Shown: piece after piece, positions 49,349 to 64,000 of the stretch
Numbering within the stretch: position 1 is the stretch's first letter
Layout: each line of letters opens with the position of its first letter
NCBI GenBank assembly: GCA_051294375.1
Contig: CM119267.1
Span: 18,881,439-18,945,438, forward strand
DNA length: 64,000 nucleotides
Reading direction: 5' to 3'
Source of the DNA: Paraspadella gotoi
Taxonomy: Eukaryota; Animalia; Chaetognatha
The notes under the pieces: generated by a model
The model's database searches: none
Told to the model about the DNA's origin: nothing
Seen by the model: the letters and a program-made list of their open reading frames with translations, nothing else
Translations under genes and position numbers: made by a program

Positions 49349-49422
49349 ACCATTATAATGCAATTGTTAATGAGGTCTAAGTCACTCTGCCAGAACCGGC
49401 AATGCATATCGTACAAAAAAAC

Positions 49423-49586
49423 CTGTTTGACGTAAGCGCAGAGAATCTTCGTCCGAAGAAAACGGGGTCTTCGGACGAGACGTTCCGCCGAGAAAGAAAG
49501 AAGCGAAGGTTCTCAACGACGACGTAGGTGTCGTCGTCGGCTTTGAGAAAGAAGTCGAACTTCTTCAGGTGGCGCGTGTGAACGTA
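49423..49586 (-). CDS. C1GALT1: C1GALT1-like exon with the DxD motif
   Basis: Encodes 'YVHTRHLKKFDFFLKADDDTYVVVENLRFFLS...DPVFFGRRF..YVKQ'. Acceptor gcag; donor cag|gttttt. Confidence 0.92.
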
Positions 49587-49879
49587 CTGCGCGAGAAACA
49601 TGTCTGTGTTTAGTGTTCATGTTTTTAGTTCGAATGTTTGCTAATATGATTTAGTTTCCCTTTTTTTTGAGGTTTTTACTATTTATTTCCATGGCTTAGA
49701 TGATTGTAATTTATATATTTGACTCTGTTTAAAGTAATTGAATACTTTTATTGGATGATTGATTTGGTTAATTTGAATTCTATTCTGCTTAAGAAATGGC
49801 TGAATTTCTGTTAATTTATTTCATAAATTCTATTGATTTTAATTAGCCATCTAATAGTCTTCGCTTTTATCTCCCGCAC

Positions 49880-50037
49880 ATCCATAGCTCCCAACGTCTG
49901 CTGCCAGAAGGTGTTCCCTTCCCTTCTGCGACCGACACGAAGTCCCAACGGCGCCCAACTTTTCGTCCCGGCAAACGCTGGACGAATGAAGATGAGTTAG
50001 TGTTCGCACCGACGACCCAGAGTCTTTTTTAACGGCG
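49880..50037 (-). CDS. C1GALT1: C1GALT1-like exon (AVKxTWGRRCxKLIF...DEKLGAVGL...EGR..LWxKT), with indel errors
   Basis: Motifs are readable across frameshifts in both locus copies. Acceptor ttcag at 50038-50042. Confidence 0.75.
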
Positions 50038-50307
50038 CTGAAGATATGAGGGCATATTAATGCTGGTTCAGGGGCCTAAGCATGACATTTAAAAGTTTCA
50101 AAACGGAATTTGGACCAATCGGTGTCAGATGTTTTGCAAAAAAGCTTACGGGCTACGAGGAATTTCAAGCGAGGTTTAGAAAAAACAGAAAAGCCTGGCG
50201 GTTATCCCAATTCTTCCCTTGAAAATTTAAAGATGAATTTTAGCGAAAAGGTGCAAAGTGCAAATTTTTATTGCCCACAAGGTAGGCTTAAGTCGTTGAC
50301 ACTCTAC

Positions 50308-50401
50308 GCCGGCACGAGTCTCTATGATTTCTGGCGGTCCGCGTGCAGGATCCAACAAAGTAATCCGCTGGACGTAGGCACGGGGCCCCAAGGCCTTGAC
50401 C
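50308..50401 (-). CDS. C1GALT1: C1GALT1-like exon (RILCWILT..P.NHETRA), with indel errors
   Basis: 'cggatt.ctttgttggatcctg...aatcat.gagactcgtgcc' matches the family motif R(I/V)LCW(I/V)MTxPxNxxxKA. Boundaries are approximate. Confidence 0.7.
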
Positions 50402-50828
50402 CTGAACGAGAATTCAGCGTATTTCTCCGATTGCCTGTGTTTTTGCGTATTTAAAAGTGTCGGTTTGTCGCTGCTAAATCCTATTAATTGCCGTCATGAA
50501 ATTACATTAGTAGTTAACTCGATAAAATTGACTTGATAGCTCCATTGATTTAATTTCTATAAAGTTTGCTAAATTACTTGTTTCACTATTTTATATTTTT
50601 TTACATTTTACAATGATAATAACAAAATTGTTAGTATTCAATTTATATGATTTAATTATATCTTTTTTTAAAATTTCCAAATCATTTTTATATCCAAATT
50701 ATTTTGGAATGGGGGAGGTTAATTGATATATCAATTAATTAATCAATTCATTTATTAATTAATTAATTGATATATCAATTTATTAATTAATTAATTTAAT
50801 CAAATTAATAAAAAAAATGAAAACTGAC

Positions 50829-50921
50829 CCGATAAAAACCATGAAAGCGACTAGATCGACGACGATGACGACGAAAACGATGAAGATTTTCGAGCGAATT
50901 CTTCTTCCGTTGAAATACTCG
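50829..50921 (-). CDS. C1GALT1: Candidate C1GALT1 N-terminal signal-anchor/stem exon, 3' part (the 5' part lies inverted at 53751-53850)
   Basis: Donor gg|gtcagt. The exon is contiguous in copy 2 (about 58515-58707) and encodes hydrophobic stretches ('QILLATFFITL', 'IFIVFVVIVV'). The frame is uncertain. Confidence 0.5.
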
Positions 50922-51224
50922 NNNNNNNNNNNNNNNNNNNNNNNNNNNNNNNNNNNNNNNNNNNNNNNNNNNNNNNNNNNNNNNNNNNNNNNNNNNNNNN
51001 NNNNNNNNNNNNNNNNNNNNNNNNNNNNNNNNNNNNNNNNNNNNNNNNNNNNNNNNNNNNNNNNNNNNNNNNNNNNNNNNNNNNNNNNNNNNNNNNNNNN
51101 NNNNNNNNNNNNNNNNNNNNNNNNNNNNNNNNNNNNNNNNNNNNNNNNNNNNNNNNNNNNNNNNNNNNNNNNNNNNNNNNNNNNNNNNNNNNNNNNNNNN
51201 NNNNNNNNNNNNNNNNNNNNNNNN

Positions 51225-52641
51225 AAAAAGAAGAGAGATGGGCGGCAAATGGCGGTGTCTGCTACGGAGGGCGAAGCAGCAGCGCCGCTCGTGGTGCGCC
51301 TGCAAAGGGCGGCCACAGGAAATCGAATCAGGCGAAAACGTTAATTACGCAGGCGGTCGCAGACTCTATGCGGGTTATCCGGGAAAAAATAAAATTCAGG
51401 GGCGAGAGTCTTCCGCTCTCCTCCTCTCTCTCATCTCTCATCTCTCTCTCTCATTCTCCTCTGCTCTCATCTCTCACTCTCTCTCTCTCGTCTCAGTCCT
51501 CTTTCCCCTTAAAATAAAAAATCAAATATATGGACATCAAGTGAAAACCTAGCATCTTTGAGTAACGGCCTGGCAGATAATTCTGATGCGCTTCTAAACG
51601 TTATTAGAAAGCGTCATTAAAAGACATTCTTTCTTTTGTGTTAAAAGAATCAAGACGAGAACCTCAGGATAATTTTTTTTTTTGCAAATTTTGCCTATCA
51701 CTTCCTCGTTTTCTACATACTCTTCATACCGTACCATCCATCCAATTTTTCAACCCTTACAGTTCAGCTACCGCCTTCCCCCCCAACTCCCCCTTACCGC
51801 ACCCATCGGCGCCGAAAACCGCCGATATCGAAAGAACGGTCGGACCAGCCCAGCGTCGACTTGCGGTAAACGAAATAAACATACAATTGCGTAAAAATCG
51901 GTGGCGCTCTTAAACGCGGCTCGCCGATAAAAGGCTTAACGCTCTCGAAAGGGCGGCTCCCTGCCCAAAACAATTAAAAACAGAAAACGGAGAGAGAGGG
52001 ATGATAAAATGTGGAGGCTTCGTCAGACCTTGAAACTGAAAAAAAAAAGAACTTAAAGGCAGAGGGGAAAGGAATAAAGAAATGTGGAGAGAGAGAGAGA
52101 GAGAAGAAGAGAGAGAGAGAGAGAGGAGAGAAAATAGAGAGAGAGCAGGAGAGAAGAAAAAATAAAAAAGACAGCCGCTATGGCGAAGCTGGAATTCTGG
52201 ACAAAATTATCGATCCAAACCCTCTCGAATGGGAAAAATATGGCCAATATAGTTTTTTCGAATCTAAAAATAAAAAAAAAAGGAAATAAGATATAGGAAA
52301 AAAAAATTGAAATGGCGGCGAGGCGTAACGATGAGAAGAGCCACGTTTAGGGCGTTGAATTTATCACCACCGCCCGGCGCGCGGTTTTAAATGTGCGGAC
52401 CGAATGCTTTTCCAAGTAGGTCTTGAAGAATCTCATTAGATAACAAATTGTTTAAATGTTCGTGTGCATAATTTACGTTATAATTTGGTATTTTGCATAG
52501 TAAATTTATGTGAATTAGGTAATGAAGTTAGTACGAATAATGGATACGCGAACTAGCGTATTTTTGACATTAGGAAAAGATGGAAATGATGCAGAACAAC
52601 ATTAATTTAGCGAGAGAGAGAGAGAGAGAGAGAGAGACGAG

Positions 52642-52687
<46 letters not shown>

Positions 52688-53850
52688 GAAGAGAGCAGGA
52701 GGAGAGAGAACGTGAGAAGAAAACAAACGACTAAAAACGCGAAGCGGCATTCAGGTTGAAAGATAAGAAGAGGAAAAGGAACGACGTTCGCTAAAATCTA
52801 AAACGAATCTCGTTGCTAAATCCGCATGAAAAAAAACAACAAAAAAACAAAAATAAGCTTCGCAGACAAAAACAAAAAATATAATAAAATAAAAACGCAT
52901 GTCAGTCTCGTTTCGTCAGGGAGATTAGTGTTTCGAGAAATGCTTGACGCGAGGGTTACCGCGGGCGCTCAGCGTGGTTTCCGCACCGTTGATCGAAATA
53001 TGACGCCACGGGTCTCTCCAACGACCGACGGACGCCATTTTAAAAATCTCACGCTTAGACGATTTTCCATCGACTCGACGTCTGCTTTTCTCGGAAAAGG
53101 ATTTTTTTTTTTTAAAAGTTTTAAGTTTTTCCCGCCAAAAATGTCCAAATTCTATTCTTTTTCGTTCCTCATTCCAATCTGATAATGAGAAGAAAAAAAA
53201 AAACTAATTTAGTAGGAAGGCGCGACCATCTGCGTGGTGCGATTTCAAGCGATCAAAACATTGAATTTTTTTTTCTGAATTAAAGCGAAAACGAAGTTTG
53301 GTGATGGGGAATGGCTCTTGAAGAATATTAAGAAATTGAAGAATAAAGCTCCAGAGGCGAAGACTAATTTCTTACAAATTTAAATGCGTTTTAGAAAATC
53401 CGACAAAAATTCTGACAAAAAATATTTTTTTTTAAAAATCGACCTTTGTGATTACAAAACAAAAAGGAAAAAGACGACGTATAAATATTAGCGTTGAATT
53501 TCATTTCCGATTACGTCCCTAAAAAAGTTACTTATAACTATTAAAATTATAACGCAAAGCTTTTTTTTGAAATGGTAAAATCCTTGATAAAACCATAAAT
53601 TTATCCGGCGTAAATCATCATCATTGACAAACAACGTCTCATTTGAAAACTCCCAATGTCGTCGAAAGAAACCTTCCGGCAGAGAAACGAGATGGCTTCA
53701 GGCTTATCGAAACCCTCCGAACATTTAATTCCTATTTTTGTTACTTTTAGGCAAATTCTCCTCAGACTGTTAACTGCAGATTATTGTTAGCACTTTTTTT
53801 CATACGCGTAATACATTAGCGAGCCCGTTGATCAGATCGCGTTCGAGTAT
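51225..53850. repeat. Segment inverted relative to 58610-61135
   Basis: Reverse-complement colinearity throughout. Breakpoints fall at an N gap and inside a putative exon. Confidence 0.85.
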
Positions 53851-54156
53851 TACCTGAGGTTCTCGTTGAATTCTTTAACACAAAAGAAGAATGTCTTTTA
53901 TGACGTTCAATAACGTTTAGAAGCGATCGAGAATTGATTCTGCAAGCCTTGAACTCCTAAGATGCTAGGTTTTCACAGCCGGGTTGTTGAAAGATGTCCA
54001 TATTTTATAGAAAAAGCGGGAAAGCAGGGAGAGAGAGAGAGAGAGGGAGAGAGAGAGAGGGAGAGAGAGAGAGGAGAGAAGAGAGAGAGAAGGAGAGAGA
54101 GAGAGAAGAGGGAGAGAGAAGAAAGAGAGAGAAAGAAAGAGAGAGAGAGAGAAGAG

Positions 54157-54193
<37 letters not shown>

Positions 54194-54283
54194 CGAAGAC
54201 TCTCGCCCTGAATTTATTTTTTCCCGATAACCCGATAGAGTCTGCGACCGCTGCGTAATAACGTTTCGCCTGATTCGATTTAC

Positions 54284-54343
54284 CTGTGGCGCCCTCGCAG
54301 CGGCACCCACGAGGGCGCTGCCTTCCGTAGCAGACACCGCCAT
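54284..54343 (-). CDS. C1GALT1: Candidate first coding exon of the C1GALT1-like gene (MAVSATEGSALVGAAARAPQ)
   Basis: An ATG in 'gcaATGG' context, 20 codons, then a strong donor cag|gtaaat. Also present at about 51249-51318 (+) and about 61058-61128 (-). Confidence 0.45.
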
Positions 54344-55479
54344 TGCCGCAGCAGTTTTAAAAAAGTGAAGCACCGACAGCAATCGTCTCCGCTGTTGAGA
54401 TAAGTTTTTAAAAATGTTTAATATTTGGAATAGTACAACGCTTTATTTTCATTCGAAGCTTTTCGTTTTTATATACGTATACTGTAGTGTACAATACTTT
54501 ACACTGTACACTGTACGTCGTACAGTATATAGAATTACCTGACGTCATCCATCGTTATGTTCGCGATCGTAACCTCATATTCCCTAATCGAATGTGATAT
54601 TTATCATTGCTAACTTGACCGTCGTCCAGGTGCGAAGGGCAGGCAACCCGCGCCTCGGGTAAATAGAAAATCTCTTGCGGAAAGAATCAAAACAAAAACA
54701 AAAACAATGAAAAAGACGACGACGACGACGACGACGNNNNNNNNNNNNNNNNNNNNNNNNNNNNNNNNNNNNNNNNNNNNNNNNNNNNNNNNNNNNNNNN
54801 NNNNNNNNNNNNNNNNNNNNNNNNNNNNNNNNNNNNNNNNNNNNNNNNNNNNNNNNNNNNNNNNNNNNNNNNNNNNNNNNNNNNNNNNNNNNNNNNNNNN
54901 NNNNNNNNNNNNNNNNNNNNNNNNNNNNNNNNNNNNNNNNNNNNNNNNNNNNNNNNNNNNNNNNNNNNNNNNNNNNNNNNNNNNNNNNNNNNNNNNNNNN
55001 NAATTACCTGGCCGCTAATATGATTAAGATGAACTTCCAACACGTCAGGATCAAATCCAGGATGTGAGGATGAAAATTATGATCAGGGTCAAACCCGGGA
55101 TGAGGATCAAGATGATGATGAGGATCAAAACAGAGTTGCCTTCTTCAGAGTGAGAAAGAAATGATGGATTCGGGTCCTCGATGACATCAAGGGGATAACT
55201 CGCTCGTTTGTCTCGCACGGTCTCTCTCTCTAAAAAAAAAAAGAGAGGATAATCGTTGGTTTATTTTAATAATTTCATAATAACAAAGACGTTAAAGTAC
55301 GTTAAAAACAAACTTAATACAAATTGCAAAACAACTGATCAAACGGAACTTGAAAAAATAAACTGTTGAATATGTGAATAATAATAATTGATTTCCGAGT
55401 CAATGAGTAAGATGAAGTTCCAACTTTTGGTTCTTGTTATCCTTTTTTTTTTTTTTTTGCAATTAAAAAAAGACTGAGG

Positions 55480-61128
<5,649 letters not shown>

Positions 61129-61744
61129 TGCCGCAGCATTTTAAAAAATGTGAAGCCACCGAGAGCAATCGTCTCCGCTGTTGAGATAGAGTTTTTAAAA
61201 ATGTTAATATTTGAATAGTACTAACGCTTATTTTCATATTCGAAGCTTTTCGAAGTTTTTAAATATACGTATACGTAGTGTACAATAGCTTTACAAACTG
61301 TAAGCACTGTACGTCGTACAGTTTGCAAATTACCTGACGTGACATGCCATCGTTATTGTTCGCGATCGTACTCTCATATTCCCTAAATCGATGTGGATAT
61401 TTATCATTGCTAACTTAACCGTCGTCCAGGTGCGAAGGAGCAACCCGCGCCTCGGGTAAATAGAAATCTCTTGCGGAATAGAATTCAACAAAAACAAAAC
61501 AATGAAAAAGACGAACGACGACGACGACGACGGAAACGAACGACGACGACGTTTTGATTCCTGTCGCTTCGCGTATCTCTTCTTCATCCATCAACCTCTC
61601 TATCTTTCTCTCTCTCTCTTCTCTCATCTCTTCTCTCCTTCTTCTCTCTCTCTGCTCTCTCTCTCTTCTCGCTCTCCTCTCTCTCTCTCTCCATCTTTAT
61701 CAATATTAAATTATATATATAAATTATATATATTATATCCTTGT

Positions 61745-62180
61745 AAGAGTGATGGAGGCCTTAAACCACCAAAAGCCTGACCAAAGTCAGGGGCAAGAAG
61801 CTTATTTATTAAATGAATGGATAATTTTTTACTATTGGTTGTAACAATTTCATAAAATTCAGCTCCTTGTAAATTTGATGCTTAGTGCGGAGTACAATAA
61901 GTATCCCCGATCTAAAATACTTAAGGGAGTGGTCTTCATACAATGATAAGCATTCCTTGAAATATTATACCACTTCATTGATTAGGGAAGCCAGGTACTC
62001 TGGGAGTTGAATGAATGAGACTGTCAAGCGTCTTGATTGAAAGCTTGAAGGGACCGTGCTATGTCATCTATCTGGTAAGAGTGATGGAGTTAACCACCAA
62101 AGCCTGTCCAAAGTCAGGGCAAGATAGCTTAATTTATATAAAGAATGGATAATTTTTTATATTGGTTGTACAATTCATAA
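61745..62180 (-). repeat. Two tandem copies of a dispersed repeat also found at 44340-44580
   Basis: 'aagcctgtccaaagtcagggcaagatagctt' is the reverse complement of about 44380-44410; 'gatctaa.atacttaagggag' is the reverse complement of about 44560-44580. Confidence 0.75.
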
Positions 62181-62457
62181 TTCGAATTTTTATTGAACAA
62201 TCATCAAGAGGATGTCATCTTCTTTTGTTCGTAATATCCTGGCCGCTATATGATTTAAGATGAACTGTCCAACACGTCAGGATCAAATCCAGGATTGAGG
62301 ATGAAAATTCTGATCACGGGTCAAACCTCGGGATGAGGATCAAGATGATGAGAATGAGGATCAACACAGAAGTTGCCTTCTTCAGAGTGAGAAAGAAATG
62401 ATGGATCGGTCCTGTATGACATCCAAGGGGATAACTCGCCGTGTTTGTCTCGCACTC

Positions 62458-62497
<40 letters not shown>

Positions 62498-62902
62498 ATG
62501 CTCTCTTTCTCTCTCTTCCTCTCTCTCCTGTTCCTCTCTCCTCTCTCCTCTCATCCTCTCTCATCTCTCTCTCATCTCTTCTCTGTGAGGAGAAGAGCGA
62601 GCAATAAAGAGATAGAGAGAAAAGAGGAGTCCCTTCCCTTTCTTTGCGTTAATTTCTCTCAATTTTTTCGAGTATTTTCTTTTTTTTGCTTCAAGTTCAA
62701 TCTCAAACTCCTATAATCAACTCAAGAGTCACTCACATTCGCACAAAACAAGAAATAAAAATCACACCGAGTGAAGAGAGGGCTGAGAAAAAAAACAAAC
62801 AAAGAAACAGAAAATAAAGAAAGAAAAAGTACTACAACTACATTTAATGACACAAGCAAAGAAAAATTGTTGCCATCGAGAAAGAAAAATTTTCCCAGGG
62901 TC

Positions 62903-62919
62903 ATAATAATAATAATAAC

Positions 62920-62972
<53 letters not shown>

Positions 62973-63012
62973 GATAATAATAATAATAATAATTAATAAT
63001 AATAATAATAAT
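62903..63012. repeat. (AAT)n microsatellite
   Basis: Directly visible. Confidence 0.95.
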
Positions 63013-64000
63013 TTGTCTCAAGGTTCCGACTGCGTACTCGCGTAGTAAAGGCGAACAGCGAGTTTTTTTTTTTTTTCATTTTAACTTTCTCTCTCGTCTC
63101 TCTCTCTCTCTTCTCTCTCCTCTCTCCTCTCTCTCTCTCTCTCTCTCTTCTCTCTCCTCTCTCTCTCTCTCTTAATCCACAATCATTTTTCCGAGTTTTT
63201 TTTTTCTATTTTCTTTCCTAATTCTTTTTCCAGTTTCTGTACGCATTTCTGCTTTACACATGACCTTCCTTAAATTAACCATACCATATCTCAACCGTAC
63301 CACAATGCTCCACGGCACTATTTCAACAAGCGCAGTACTGGTTCTGCTCATAAACCTACGCCCCTTCTTACTTTAAATCAGCCATAACGTCCCTTCATTT
63401 CTTTATTAAAAAACCCTTCGCCAGCTATTACTCTCTACCTTCCCCTGCCTTACCTCACGTTTCCCCTGCTTCTCCCACTTTTCCTTGCTTTCCACTGTTC
63501 CGCTGCCCTCCGCTTGATCCAATCTCGTCCCCGCTTTTCCCCCCTCTTAGTCCCTTATAACTTCTCCTCATCTTTCCCTGATTCTCCTCCTGCTTTCTTA
63601 TTGCCTTTCTTCTACTTTCCCCTACCTCCCCTACCTGCCCTCCACAAATCCCAATCGCTTCTAGACTCCACTCTGCGTTCGTCCATGTATCGTCACCCTC
63701 CGCGAGATTTTGCTCCATTTCGTGTTTCTTCCTTTTTCGCGGTCCAACGAGAGAGAGAGAGAGAAGAGAAGAGCGAGAGAGAGAGAGACGAGAAGAGAAG
63801 TAGACGAGAGAGGGTCACTCTTGATTGGCTCCATACGAAACGAGTAGCGATGGACTTGAAGGGAAGACATAAGGGAGGGGGGACTAACGAGAGAAAAATG
63901 TAGTGGGCAAATACCCCAAAGGGTTTTCGGGGGGGGGCGGGGGGGGGAAAAAAAAAATGGGTTTTTTTGGGAGCCCCGCGAAAAAAGGCAATGGCGCGGT

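Overview
This is eukaryotic (invertebrate-like) genomic DNA. It has AT-rich introns, dense (AG)n/(AAAG)n/(GAC)n microsatellites, many N gaps and frequent homopolymer indels, consistent with an error-prone long-read draft. Recognisable genes: (1) the last three coding exons of an ARNT/tango bHLH-PAS gene (+, 4832-9909); (2) a core-1 beta-1,3-galactosyltransferase (C1GALT1-like) gene (-, about 46798-54343) whose last exon adds a long Ser/Thr-rich tail, with a noisier second copy at about 55480-61128; (3) an XK-related multi-TM gene fragment (-, 35215-36170) next to a long uninterrupted multi-TM ORF (+, 36950-38165); (4) probable exons of an unidentified low-complexity protein gene (23722-28978). 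Mobile DNA includes a Penelope-like retroelement with an RT ORF, inverted and direct pseudo-LTR copies and minimal hammerhead ribozyme motifs, a second heavily decayed Penelope-like body, a DINE-1/HINE-like element, LINE remnants and a polymorphic intronic DNA transposon. Most large inverted or tandem duplications sit beside N gaps and are probably assembly or haplotype artefacts. I found no convincing wholly new system. The best leads are the hammerhead/Penelope cluster, the mucin-tailed C1GALT1, the XK-like ORF pair, the G-rich/C-rich intron ends and a 72-nt tandem array. All family calls come from reading motifs by eye; no searches were run.
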